This document shows positions 8,789-18,525 of a DNA stretch of 64,000 nucleotides, piece by piece. Position numbers and translations under genes: made by a program. The DNA is taken from positions 5,053-69,052 of IMG/VR virus record IMGVR_UViG_3300013233_000137, one strand, 5' to 3'. This stretch comes from a virus. Each line of letters opens with the position of its first letter. The stretch's first letter is position 1. Under the pieces are notes generated by a model that worked only from the letters and a program-made list of their open reading frames with translations, did not search any database and had not been told where the DNA came from.

Positions 8789-9850
8789 TTAATCCTGACG
8801 CGTTCTCCAGAATCGCGCTTCTTGCGGGATGCCATCTTTAGTTACTCCTCTATATCTAAACGTTATAATCATGCCACGTGGGAAGTGGACCGCTTCCACT
8901 TCTTCAGGGCATATCGTCTCGGGGTGCTCAATAGCCCACTCCGTGTCATTGAGCACTCGCTCCTCATCAGTGAATCCTGATAATTCAAGCCTCTTACCAT
9001 TGGAGAGCTTCACGATCATGGCCCCCATTTTCCCAAGGAGCTTCGACCCCTTATTCGTTTGCCTACCAGTGATGTAGCCGATAACCGTACCTTCCGCGTC
9101 CTCGGTCTTCTTCATCTTAAGCAGATCATGGCTTCTAATGGACCCCCACATGCTTTCTGGTTTGCGAAGCATGACACCTTCTCCTCCGGCTTCGCTAATC
9201 TCGTCAAGTGTTTGATTTACTAAATCAAGGGCCGCTGAACTCTGGAACGGTAGTTGCATTTGTGGATGTGGCCTGGTAACAGCACTTCTGGCGTATTTCT
9301 GTAGCAGCCTATAGACACTTGTGAAAGGCGTCCCCCGCTTCGGGATGTAGACCAAGCTCGAGATATCCGTATCCTCATAGATCCATTTCTGAATATCGGT
9401 GAATCGCTTTTGGAAGTTGATTACATCTATTAGTCCATCGTCGAAGACCACATCCAAACAGGGCATATCAAAGGCCCGAAGGGTGATGCCATCCCAATTA
9501 ACGCCATGGGTATTCTTGACCTTGCTCATGAGATCCTGACGCTTCATATTTCCATAAAGTTCCCCGTCTAAGGGAACTTTGGGCATAAGATCCAGATAAT
9601 CAGGAGGAGCATGGATAACATTGCCATAGCGTGACCACAAGCCAGTAGCAATTGGTTTAGCAACATACCGTTCATCCTTATCCGTATTAGCCCAAGGCAC
9701 ATTCTCCTTGAGCATCCCGCGAGTTAACCCGCCGTCCCAAAAGCATCTCATACCGTCGAGCTTCTCCGATAGGAACCAACCACCTAGACTTGGGGCTCTA
9801 GGCCCGGCTTTATAGGTTTGGGCGAGCATCAGGAATTGTCGTTTAGCCAT
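8789..9850 (-). CDS. ATP-dependent DNA ligase
   Basis: SEKLDGMR (KxDG), LDGEL, AFD, EGVMLR, LKMK. Confidence 0.92.
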   Translation of the reverse strand: MAKRQFLMLAQTYKAGPRAPSLGGWFLSEKLDGMRCFWDGGLTRGMLKENVPWANTDKDERYVAKPIATGLWSRYGNVIHAPPDYLDLMPKVPLDGELYGNMKRQDLMSKVKNTHGVNWDGITLRAFDMPCLDVVFDDGLIDVINFQKRFTDIQKWIYEDTDISSLVYIPKRGTPFTSVYRLLQKYARSAVTRPHPQMQLPFQSSAALDLVNQTLDEISEAGGEGVMLRKPESMWGSIRSHDLLKMKKTEDAEGTVIGYITGRQTNKGSKLLGKMGAMIVKLSNGKRLELSGFTDEERVLNDTEWAIEHPETICPEEVEAVHFPRGMIITFRYRGVTKDGIPQEARFWRTRQD

Positions 9851-9858
9851 TGGTTCTC

Positions 9859-10404
9859 CTAGTAAACTGGATTGCAAAACTCCACGGTACAACCACACTC
9901 ACATAGATAATCCCCATCGGCATCGGGTTCGAGCCGTTTGATAACATCGCACTCTGGACATTGGATCTCAATGACATCATCCATAAGAATATCTTCAGGT
10001 TCTGAGAGTACCTCACCCTCAACAGTCTTATCCTTGGGAGCCTCTTGCACGCGCTGAGCCAATTTGCTCCCACAACTAAGGGCCACGGGTGCAGCATTGA
10101 GCTCGAAATGTTCTTGACACATATAGCCCCATCGTCCACTTGTAGTCGGGGCGTCATAAACTGCTGGCTTGTTACAAAAGGTGCACTTCGGTATGGTGTT
10201 GAGTCTTACGATCTTCATTTTTGGTCTCCTGAGTTTGCTTCCACAAATAGACGCCCATGGTAGGGCATTAAGATTGAAATGCTTTTGACATAGGTTTTGC
10301 CACTTTATACCTTTCACAGGGGCATTATAGAGTGCAGGCTTATTGCAAAAGGTACATCTCGGTATTGTGCTAACAATAAAGGTACTCATCTCACCAGTGC
10401 TCAT
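9859..10404 (-). CDS. Multi-zinc-finger protein with internal duplication
   Basis: Two IPxCTFCNKPA.Y.AP....W...CQxHF repeats, then CPEC/CECG. Confidence 0.7.
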   Translation of the reverse strand: MSTGEMSTFIVSTIPRCTFCNKPALYNAPVKGIKWQNLCQKHFNLNALPWASICGSKLRRPKMKIVRLNTIPKCTFCNKPAVYDAPTTSGRWGYMCQEHFELNAAPVALSCGSKLAQRVQEAPKDKTVEGEVLSEPEDILMDDVIEIQCPECDVIKRLEPDADGDYLCECGCTVEFCNPVY

Positions 10405-10443
10405 CCTGTTCTCCCTGGGCAGGGCCGCCTCTGATTTAGTAAA

Positions 10444-11253
10444 TCATTTGAAATACCATTTCCATTTGGAGGGGAACTTTTCCATCCGCTTGGTAATGAG
10501 TTCTTTCTCTTCCCCAGGGATAGAACCTTGCCAACCGAAGTATAGCTCATGGGAATGATCATACCAAATTACGTTGTCAATTGGTACATGATTATCAATA
10601 AGCCACTTAAAGATATTATACTCCATTTTAGCATCTTCGACCTTCATTGAGAGACACTCTAACTTCTTTTCATAACTTGCTTCAAGATGTTTGAGTTCGG
10701 CCTCTTTACTAATAGCCAAGTAACGATCAATAAACTCCTTTGAAGGCATCTTATCCCTCTTGACCTTGTACTCATTGACTATAGCAATAAGTTGTAGAAG
10801 TGGCAAGTCGGCTTCCTTTAGGTACGAGACACCTAAACAAGCCTCGCACCACTCCCCTTCCTTACGATCTGTATATTGCTTTCCGCAATAACCACACCTT
10901 ACTGTTTGTGAACGGGTCTCAACCATCTCAGATGTTTGTTCTAACCAGTAACCGGTGTAGGTTAGGCCATGAGAATCACGGTAGTGCCGCCAGTCAAAGA
11001 TACGTGCACCAGATTCAGCGATGCAACCATCTACAGTATTCCATTGATCTTGGAATAGGAACAAGGGATCGAGCTCGACATCTTTGCCGTCATACTCTTT
11101 AACTTGTGCATGAAACTCATAGTGACTCGGATCCATATCATAGGCGTCGAACTCATGTAGGCCCATGCCTTTGAGTTTGGTACGCAATTCTTTATACCCT
11201 TCTTTGGTTGCGAAGTCGAACCAATGTAGCTTAGTCCTTAAGATTGTTTTCAT
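10444..11253 (-). CDS. Hypothetical protein with CxxC pairs
   Basis: 269-aa ORF; stop codon lies in the palindrome at 10432. Confidence 0.7.
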   Translation of the reverse strand: MKTILRTKLHWFDFATKEGYKELRTKLKGMGLHEFDAYDMDPSHYEFHAQVKEYDGKDVELDPLFLFQDQWNTVDGCIAESGARIFDWRHYRDSHGLTYTGYWLEQTSEMVETRSQTVRCGYCGKQYTDRKEGEWCEACLGVSYLKEADLPLLQLIAIVNEYKVKRDKMPSKEFIDRYLAISKEAELKHLEASYEKKLECLSMKVEDAKMEYNIFKWLIDNHVPIDNVIWYDHSHELYFGWQGSIPGEEKELITKRMEKFPSKWKWYFK

Positions 11254-11303
11254 AACGTTCTCCTGATTGATTTAGGCGGCTCTGCCGCCATTGATTTACT
11301 AAA

Positions 11304-11507
11304 TCACACATGTAGAAAAAGTCTTTGTCCTTTGGACTCGATCCAATAGGATGCGACATTGGAGTAACAGGTGGCATATACCCTATACCATCTGTTACTA
11401 TGGAAAGCCTTTTGATTGGTGGCTATCCTTTTCCCATATCCATAGTGAGTACGAGGAGCCGGATCGGCCTTTATCTCTGTATCGTATGGCAAATATTTGA
11501 TGCCCAT
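11304..11507 (-). CDS. Hypothetical protein
   Basis: ORF; stop codon lies in the palindrome at 11292. Confidence 0.6.
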   Translation of the reverse strand: MGIKYLPYDTEIKADPAPRTHYGYGKRIATNQKAFHSNRWYRVYATCYSNVASYWIESKGQRLFLHV

Positions 11508-11845
11508 CTTATTCCCCTAAATCATTGATTCCACGAGATCCACAACGCCTTTGATTGCTTTCACCTCTGCATAACTAAGGATCGTGAAGCACCAGAAAGT
11601 GACTTGATTACTTTCCATAAGCAACTTAAAGTTCTTGTCCTTACGTCTAATGCTCCTCTGTACACCTTCCTTGCAGTACATCTTCGTTCTGATTGCATAC
11701 TTGTTCATGATTGGCCCTCCTGTAGCCATAGAACTCGTCAATATAGTCTACCTCCTCATCTTCAATCAACCCATCCAGGGCTTCCTCGATGAGGCATACC
11801 ATACAATTTAATTCCAATTGCAACTCTAAGACTGTCATTGGTCCC

Positions 11846-12028
11846 TCATTCAATAGACTCAGGATCTTTGCTCTCATGGCAAGCCTCCAGGAATTTCGTG
11901 ACATTGAATCTCCAATTTTGACAAGCAAACCATTGTGCAAAATGGGATACTAGTCTATCCTTTGCAGGACTACTCTCCTCTTCACTGAAGATCTTTGTTA
12001 TTTCTTTGAGGTGTTTTCTTGTAAGCAT
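11846..12028 (-). CDS. Hypothetical protein
   Basis: 60-aa ORF with AGGAGA RBS. Confidence 0.55.
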   Translation of the reverse strand: MLTRKHLKEITKIFSEEESSPAKDRLVSHFAQWFACQNWRFNVTKFLEACHESKDPESIE

Positions 12029-12180
12029 AGTATCTCCTTAGCGATTGAAATGTGTTTACAGGTTCCTCTGTAGAAGAACCCACGGCAAGTGCAACTGAAC
12101 TCGCTATCAATAACTCGTACAATATACTTCTGCCCCTCACCACTTGGTCTACTTATTTCAACCCATGTTTTCTCTCCCAT
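11998..12180 (-). CDS. SWIM zinc-finger protein
   Basis: FSCTCRGFFYRGTCKHI (CxC...CxH). Confidence 0.75.
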   Translation of the reverse strand: MGEKTWVEISRPSGEGQKYIVRVIDSEFSCTCRGFFYRGTCKHISIAKEILCLQENTSKK

Positions 12181-12830
12181 ATCATAGCCACCTCCTTTAG
12201 AATTTGTCCAATACGTGAAGCAGTCAATCCAATCTTGCTCGCAATCTCTCGGTCAGTATATCCTTCCATCTTCATTTGTACTATCTTGGCTTCCCGTTTT
12301 GATAAATGATTTAGGAAATCAGTTACCACTAACTTGTCATCATCAACAGTAAAAGGTAATATAGATATAGGCCCACTATATACATAAGCTGTATTATCTT
12401 CGTCCTCCTTACCATACTCCATACTAAAGTAGGAATGGAAATAGTGCTTAACATCTGAACTTCTCGGTATATGGATTAGCTTATTCTCTCTGAGGAAGTT
12501 CGCAATGTGACCATGTATATGGCTGACGATCCATCCCGATATCCCATTGTCCTTCAGCCGATCGACTTTGCCTATGGCATCGAGAATACCGCAATACATC
12601 TCTGCTAAGATGTCCTCTCGACTATCAGGGAAGTAAGATGCGTATCTTGCTGCTATTGTCACGCCTAGACGCATGTGTCCCATGATAATAATGTCTCGGG
12701 CATGTATGTCGCCCTCACGTAGCTTTTTGATTTGGTAAATCAATTCTTGTTCTGGGAGTGGCGATGGTAGGTTCCCCAGTTCGTGCGCTATGCCATATTT
12801 CTTATGTCCCTTAATACCCCCTAAATACAT
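12153..12830 (-). CDS. Sigma-70 family sigma factor-like protein
   Basis: GDIHARDIIIMGHMRLGVTIAARY (region 2.1-like); HTH LSKREAKIV...YTDREIASKIGLTASRIGQI. Confidence 0.82.
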   Translation of the reverse strand: MYLGGIKGHKKYGIAHELGNLPSPLPEQELIYQIKKLREGDIHARDIIIMGHMRLGVTIAARYASYFPDSREDILAEMYCGILDAIGKVDRLKDNGISGWIVSHIHGHIANFLRENKLIHIPRSSDVKHYFHSYFSMEYGKEDEDNTAYVYSGPISILPFTVDDDKLVVTDFLNHLSKREAKIVQMKMEGYTDREIASKIGLTASRIGQILKEVAMIWERKHGLK

Positions 12831-12872
12831 TCTATTCTCCTGGTTGATTGATTTGGTAAATCACTGCTCTCT

Positions 12873-13145
12873 AATTGATTTGTGTAATTGATTTCCTATA
12901 TTGAGTAAATCAAAATTCTGAATCATCCACACCTGGTTGACATAATAATGTAAAAGGTAAATACATTATTATTATACCACAATAACCGTAATATGCAACT
13001 AAAAAATTTTATAATTCGTGTAACCTATTGGTATATAAGGAATAGAAAAATAAAATTTTACTTGACAAGATTTTGGAATAATAATTGCATATTGTTTTGA
13101 TATCTTGATTAAATCAAAATTCTAAATCAATTACGTAAATCAATT
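12873..13145. promoter_or_regulatory. AT-rich control region bracketed by inverted compound half-site elements
   Basis: 12873-12926 and 13091-13145 are imperfect inverted repeats of TGATTT/AAATCA half-sites at 13-bp pitch. Confidence 0.75.
12971..12998 (-). promoter_or_regulatory. Sigma70-type promoter for the leftward accessory operon
   Basis: Minus strand TTGCAT-16 bp-TATAAT with TG extension. Confidence 0.65.
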
Positions 13146-13557
13146 AAGAACTCTCTATAATCCAGAACTCCTCCCAGCCATATTTGATTTGATAAATCAA
13201 TCCAGAAGGATCATAGATTTGTTTACCATCCCAAGCAACGACATGCTGAGATTCCGCATACATGAATATACCGGTATGGCTTAAAGCCTCATAGCAAATT
13301 GGAATGTCAATAACTTTGCCATTGATATATGTCTTAGCGAAGAACGGCATTGCCCAATATCCCTTCTTATATATTACAGGTAGGAGGTCTTCGATCTGGA
13401 TACCACGATACTTCCTAGGTCCAATTGCATTGGGCCAGGTCACCTCATGTGGGTCATGGTCTATTTGATTTCGTAAATCAGAAACCTGTATATCCATACA
13501 CATTGCAACCGATGTCAACACACATCCGTATACCTCGCTTTGTTTTTGAAGCTCCAT
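13144..13557 (-). CDS. Peptidase C39-like cysteine protease
   Basis: Q.....GC (QKQSEVYGCVLTSVAM), HVVAWDG, IYDP. Confidence 0.65.
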   Translation of the reverse strand: MELQKQSEVYGCVLTSVAMCMDIQVSDLRNQIDHDPHEVTWPNAIGPRKYRGIQIEDLLPVIYKKGYWAMPFFAKTYINGKVIDIPICYEALSHTGIFMYAESQHVVAWDGKQIYDPSGLIYQIKYGWEEFWIIESS

Positions 13558-13574
13558 TTCTCCTCCAAAAGAAA

Positions 13575-13592
13575 AGGGCGGGTTGCCCCGCC
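13575..13592 (-). terminator. GC hairpin with U-tract
   Basis: Minus strand GGGCGGG-GCAA-CCCGCCC-TTTTCTTTT. Confidence 0.5.
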
Positions 13593-13820
13593 CCGGGATC
13601 AAGAACTATTTGATGGCCAAATACTCTTCGATAAGGCCATAGACTTCATCAGTTGTATGGACTCTGGACAGGGTGACGACATTCTCACGCTTACTAAGCC
13701 ATTTAATGAAGCCAGTGATGATATCCTTCTTGCTTTGGGCAGGCTGCGGCTTAGATTTGGACTGGGACTCAGATGTGGACTGGGATGGGAACTTCTTTGT
13801 ATCCATATTCTCTCCTAAAA

Positions 13821-14168
13821 TCAGTGTAAGTAGAACATCCAATTACATGGCTTATGTAACCGTAGGAATTCCAGATCATTATTGCCGGTTAAAATCCATA
13901 CCCCACTCCCGAAAGCGCACAACTTCGGAAAGGTTTCGATCTGGGCAGGTGTGAATCGAGAGCCTTTCATGTCAGGAAGTTTGACTTCGATCCAACGATG
14001 CCCATATCTAGTATGGGTTGCAAACAAATCTGGGAACCCCGATTGATACATATTGCCATGTGTTACCAAGACAAACCAATTCTCCTTTCTAAGTCTATTG
14101 ACTATTTTTTGTTGGATAACTGCTTCTGGCCCTTTTGTACCGTACTTCTTAAATTTTGTTGTTCGCAT
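13821..14168 (-). CDS. VRR-NUC (PD-D/ExK) nuclease
   Basis: EAVIQQKIV, GFPDL, IEVK, TPAQ. Confidence 0.85.
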   Translation of the reverse strand: MRTTKFKKYGTKGPEAVIQQKIVNRLRKENWFVLVTHGNMYQSGFPDLFATHTRYGHRWIEVKLPDMKGSRFTPAQIETFPKLCAFGSGVWILTGNNDLEFLRLHKPCNWMFYLH

Positions 14169-14398
14169 TTTGCCCTCACTATATTCAGAAGTATCTGAGC
14201 CATTTTCAATTTCTCGTTGACCAATTTACCAAGGGACATGTCCAGACAACCCGTTATCAACTCCTTGGCACGTAGTAAATAGTATGCCTCATTATCCGCA
14301 TCAAGAATCACTTGTAGTTGAGGGTTTTCTTTTCCTCTTACTACACACTCTCTTAGTAATTTTTGCTGAACCTTTATTGGTAGTTTTCTTTTTGGCAT
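14102..14398 (-). CDS. Hypothetical protein
   Basis: ORF with AGGAGA RBS. Confidence 0.55.
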   Translation of the reverse strand: MPKRKLPIKVQQKLLRECVVRGKENPQLQVILDADNEAYYLLRAKELITGCLDMSLGKLVNEKLKMAQILLNIVRAKCEQQNLRSTVQKGQKQLSNKK

Positions 14399-14705
14399 CT
14401 CCTATCTCCTTTTGACGTTTGGCTTCGGCCCTCAAATCCTTTAATGCCTTACGAAGCATCACTTGTTCTCTTAAATCTTTGACTCCTAGCAATACGTAGT
14501 TCTGCCACATGACTTCGGGTATTAGCGATCTTACTGCTATATACCTATCGTAATATTTTACCAATGGCTTAATTGGTAGGCTCTTACGATAACGAATGCC
14601 AAGTGACCTGATCCCTTGCCTAACAGATTCTTCATCGTGCTCTCGAACTCTCATTGGCTCTGGTGCCTCTCGCATATCGTTCTCCTTTTTCGATAAAATC
14701 CCCAA
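14301..14705 (-). CDS. Hypothetical basic protein
   Basis: ORF; start uncertain. Confidence 0.5.
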   Translation of the reverse strand: MGILSKKENDMREAPEPMRVREHDEESVRQGIRSLGIRYRKSLPIKPLVKYYDRYIAVRSLIPEVMWQNYVLLGVKDLREQVMLRKALKDLRAEAKRQKEIGDAKKKTTNKGSAKITKRVCSKRKRKPSTTSDS

Positions 14706-15024
14706 GAATACTATCTTGGTGTTTTATGGCTATAACTAAATCTTCTCGGCTTAATTGGGAATACCTTGGAATACGTAGCTTACATCCAAGGGTCTTCAAC
14801 GTGGTATATGCTATAGGTCTTGAGTCCTTTCCTTCCTCGATGATCAGGTCAATAAAACAATCACTAACAGATATTCTAAGCATCTTGGAGATTGACTCGA
14901 CGGCTTCTTCCGGTACATCATTGACCTCTAGGAAGTAATCCAGCCGCCTTAACTTCTTAATCAAATTTCCAAGGGCAATACGTAAATCTATTTTTCCCCC
15001 CATGATTGGATGCCCTCCTTCCAT
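14632..15024 (-). CDS. Hypothetical protein
   Basis: ORF; C-terminal LRIPRYSQLSREDL resembles a Rho-N-like helix pair. Confidence 0.5.
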   Translation of the reverse strand: MEGGHPIMGGKIDLRIALGNLIKKLRRLDYFLEVNDVPEEAVESISKMLRISVSDCFIDLIIEEGKDSRPIAYTTLKTLGCKLRIPRYSQLSREDLVIAIKHQDSILGDFIEKGERYARGTRANESSRAR

Positions 15025-17165
15025 TTTATCTTAAGAAGTGGAATTATTTCCTTGTTCTTCTTCACAAATGTCTCCACGATGTTGGTAGCTTGATTTACTA
15101 AATCAGGAAGCATAGGTGCCATTATCTCATCATGGACATTCATAGGCATTATATGCCACTTACAAATGCCTCTTGGCTGTAACTCCCATAACTCATACTG
15201 TAGTTGCTTGGTCAGTGTCGCTCCTGGAGACTGGATAACATGGTTACCAGCAGCCCGCATATTAGCACTTTGAATCTGGAAGGCCGCGCCGTATAGGGCA
15301 CTTTGCAATGCCCCTACAGCCGTTTGTTGGCGGTCACGCCTAGTGACCTTGAGCTTGTAGCGCTTCCACTCTTTAGGTGGCTCTTGGGCCAGATCATATA
15401 GGGCTTTACAAATCTTATTCTCAAGGGTGAAGTATCTCTTGAAGCCAAACATACTTTCAATATATTCTTTGGGTTCATGCCATTCCACGGCGGTGCCGAT
15501 GCCATTAGGCTGACGCATACTGCAAAACATGTCAAAGATCTTTTGCCTAGCGGCGGCCACCCCAGTGTAATCTTTACCGAAGTCCTCGAAAGCCTTGACC
15601 GCGATGTCATGCGGTATGCCAAGCTTCGACTCTAAAGTAAACTCTGTACCCCCATAACCCATACCAAATATACCTTGCTTACCATCTTTATACCGCGTTC
15701 CGTTGATGTACTTGTTATTGAATACTCCGGCCTTCTCCTCGGCCATCACCTCCTCATATGTGCATCCGGGATACAACTTCGTGGCGAAGATCGCATGGAT
15801 CTTCTTACCAGATAGTAATTGCTCTCGGAGGTTCTTATCTTTCCACTCCGCCTCCATAAGACTTACCTCAAAGGAGGAGAAGTCGCCTCCACATAATACC
15901 ATGCCGTCAGGGGACAGAGGGAATTTCGATCGAACCTTACCATCTTTCTTGATACCTTGGGGGTTGAGACCATCGGAACCGGACATCCTTGTACTTTTGG
16001 TGCCGATGATTCGGAAGCCGGCGTGGAACTTTCCAGCTTTGATAAGCTTGTCATATAATTCAACTTCCTTTTGGGCTTCACGGGCATTCATAACTTCTCT
16101 AGCGGCCTTAGCAGCGGGGTGGTCGCCCCACTTCATTACCTCTTGTAGTATGACCTTCCCCGTTCCTTTCATCACGATCTTCTCGGTATCACTCATATTC
16201 ATAGTGATATACTTCATAACCATATTGGGGGCAGTAGGGGTACCCTCGAAGGCCAAATGTGCTTGCTTCCTTAGTTCCTTCAGGCCTGAGATATCGACCT
16301 TATAGCCTTTCCATCTTACGGCGGCAACCATACAAGCTAATTCGGAATCTACATCCCCAGTAGGAGGGGAGCCAAAGTATTTATACAAATCCCTGGTGTA
16401 GATAACATCGTTCTCAGCGTACATCTTACCGAAACGATTGAAGGCCCAGTAGGAGATATGGTGCCTAATGACCTCTGGCCAGTTGCTACCATAGGGAACG
16501 TACTTATCCTCCTTTGGATACCAGGTCTTGTCGATACCAATGTCCCCTAGCAGTAGTATTCGATCTTCCTCAATACCAAGCGCATGTAAGGCCAAGGCTT
16601 TCAGGGCTGTACTTGGCTCGAACTTCATCTCCAAATCCTTGAACATCGGATCATCGGTGTCTCGGACTTGCCATTGTGGAGCCTTGCGTTTACGTCTTGC
16701 AAAGTAAATATTATTAAGCGGTATAAGTTCCTCAAGCTTCTTGGCCAGGTTCTCTGCCAATATAGTTGGTATACGTTTAATACGTATTGGCTTACGATTC
16801 ATCGTCGATTGAAAAGGACCTTTACGAGCATGGAGCATTAGGTCTAAGGCAGCTTTAGGACGTAAGCATGGTCCCTCTTGAGATGGCACTTCTTGATTCG
16901 CTAAATCAATTATGATATCTTCAGGATATGCGTCGTAATCATGGTGCAGACGTAACATATTATAGATCTTGGAGAGCTGGAACTGGTCGAAGACCAGATT
17001 GAAGCCACATACCTCATTAGCCATCATATCCTCGATGAGAGTTAAGGTATCTATAATCGGCAGCTTCCAAATGTTATGGAGGACAACTGGGCCATCATCA
17101 ATGGCATACTGGATTAAGACTGCTGGACCGTGGAGACCGCAGGTTTCGGTGTCATAGAAGTACAT
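14988..17165 (-). CDS. polA: Family A DNA polymerase with 3'-5' exonuclease
   Basis: Exo YDTETCGL, FNLVFD, YAENDV; pol motif A DFSSFE, B KDGKQGIFGMGYG, C VHDE. Confidence 0.92.
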   Translation of the reverse strand: MYFYDTETCGLHGPAVLIQYAIDDGPVVLHNIWKLPIIDTLTLIEDMMANEVCGFNLVFDQFQLSKIYNMLRLHHDYDAYPEDIIIDLANQEVPSQEGPCLRPKAALDLMLHARKGPFQSTMNRKPIRIKRIPTILAENLAKKLEELIPLNNIYFARRKRKAPQWQVRDTDDPMFKDLEMKFEPSTALKALALHALGIEEDRILLLGDIGIDKTWYPKEDKYVPYGSNWPEVIRHHISYWAFNRFGKMYAENDVIYTRDLYKYFGSPPTGDVDSELACMVAAVRWKGYKVDISGLKELRKQAHLAFEGTPTAPNMVMKYITMNMSDTEKIVMKGTGKVILQEVMKWGDHPAAKAAREVMNAREAQKEVELYDKLIKAGKFHAGFRIIGTKSTRMSGSDGLNPQGIKKDGKVRSKFPLSPDGMVLCGGDFSSFEVSLMEAEWKDKNLREQLLSGKKIHAIFATKLYPGCTYEEVMAEEKAGVFNNKYINGTRYKDGKQGIFGMGYGGTEFTLESKLGIPHDIAVKAFEDFGKDYTGVAAARQKIFDMFCSMRQPNGIGTAVEWHEPKEYIESMFGFKRYFTLENKICKALYDLAQEPPKEWKRYKLKVTRRDRQQTAVGALQSALYGAAFQIQSANMRAAGNHVIQSPGATLTKQLQYELWELQPRGICKWHIMPMNVHDEIMAPMLPDLVNQATNIVETFVKKNKEIIPLLKIKWKEGIQSWGEK

Positions 17166-17632
17166 ACTCCTCTCCTCCAAACCCCTACAAGATACCATGG
17201 ACGCTCGACTTTGTGTAGTTCAAAATCTGGCAGATCAGCTTTACCCCATAGACTACGGTGACGATTGTAGATATTACCATAGTAGAAAGAGTTAGGGCCT
17301 ATATTCAAATTCTGTGACCATTTATAAGGCGTTAAGAGGATTATCTCCTTATCGCATATCTTCTTGGCCTGCTCAAGAACCTGGAAGCCACGTGGCTTAG
17401 TGAGATGCTCAATAAAGTCCAGCATTAGAATAATATCGAACTTCCATGACATGTCCAAATCTCCGAACTCCATATTACGGACAATGGTGGGGCTATATGA
17501 CTCCTCGACATCAATGGTAGTAACCCTATTGAAATGCTTCGAGATCTTCTTGTCACCACAACCTATATCAAGTATTGTGGGATTCTCATATAAGGCAACA
17601 CGTTGATTTACGAAATCAGCTAGACTTTTCAT
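17114..17632 (-). CDS. Class I SAM-dependent methyltransferase
   Basis: ILDIGCG, FDIILMLDFIEHL. Confidence 0.85.
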   Translation of the reverse strand: MKSLADFVNQRVALYENPTILDIGCGDKKISKHFNRVTTIDVEESYSPTIVRNMEFGDLDMSWKFDIILMLDFIEHLTKPRGFQVLEQAKKICDKEIILLTPYKWSQNLNIGPNSFYYGNIYNRHRSLWGKADLPDFELHKVERPWYLVGVWRRGVCTSMTPKPAVSTVQQS

Positions 17633-18525
17633 ACGCTCTCCATACCTGACATGCTTGAGACGCTTTCATGTGGAACAATATAGGGTCGTCCTAGTTTCGC
17701 AGCTTGTGCACGGATTTCCTGGTAGACTGAATTATCGCTGATCTCCCCAGAGGCCCAGGCTAAGCAGCGAGTACCGAAGTTATTGCCAATGGACTTCTGA
17801 ATATGGTCCATCATGCAGAAGATCTCATTACGTTTACGATGCCGTTTGATTAAGGAGTTCTCACTATGTTTTTTCTTGATTATTGGAGCGCGATTGCCCT
17901 TCTCCTTGGCATTTTTAATTTGCCTTACTGCCTCGAACTGCATCTCCTTCGTTGGCAGTTTCGAGATGTCCCGAATATTGTATTGGGTCAGAACTCCAGC
18001 GGCAGCTTGCTGCTGAATCTCATGTGGGAGTTCCAGGAGTTTTATACGCATCTGGACCCAAGTTGTGGACTTCCCTAACTCATTAGCTATTTGCTGATAG
18101 GTTAGTTTGAAGGAGGCCAAATGTTCAACAGCTTTGGCCTCCTCCATGATGTTGAGGTCTTTACGTAGGAGGTTCTCCCGGAGGTTGATAAGCCTAGCAT
18201 CGCATTCATCAGCAGAGGTAGTCACCGTTGCACGAATGGTTGCCCAGTTAAGGATCTTATGACAGGTGAACCTCCGGAACCCCGCTATAAGACGGTATTT
18301 GTATTTCTTACCGAAGTGATCCCCAGAATGTCTCTGAACAATAACAGGTGATAGTAGGCCATTGTTGCTGATATCCCGAACAAGATCCTGTACATCTATT
18401 GGGGCTATTGCACCACGGCAGTTCAGACCCTCATCCATGAGAATCTCCTTGAGTGGAATATCTAGTATCTCATTACTTGTTTGCTGACCTTTTAGTGGTA
18501 CGCCAATGTCTGCGCTCTTAGTCAT
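17629..18525 (-). CDS. ParB/Spo0J-family protein 1
   Basis: GLLSPVIV, LIAGFRRF (GxRR), ENLLRKDL, HTH LTYQQIANELGKSTTWV. Confidence 0.9.
   Translation of the reverse strand: MTKSADIGVPLKGQQTSNEILDIPLKEILMDEGLNCRGAIAPIDVQDLVRDISNNGLLSPVIVQRHSGDHFGKKYKYRLIAGFRRFTCHKILNWATIRATVTTSADECDARLINLRENLLRKDLNIMEEAKAVEHLASFKLTYQQIANELGKSTTWVQMRIKLLELPHEIQQQAAAGVLTQYNIRDISKLPTKEMQFEAVRQIKNAKEKGNRAPIIKKKHSENSLIKRHRKRNEIFCMMDHIQKSIGNNFGTRCLAWASGEISDNSVYQEIRAQAAKLGRPYIVPHESVSSMSGMESV

Noticed and set aside
8327-8980. 217-aa plus-strand ORF and the many other antisense ORFs in the track
   Set aside because: They shadow motif-supported minus-strand genes and lack RBS or recognisable motifs.
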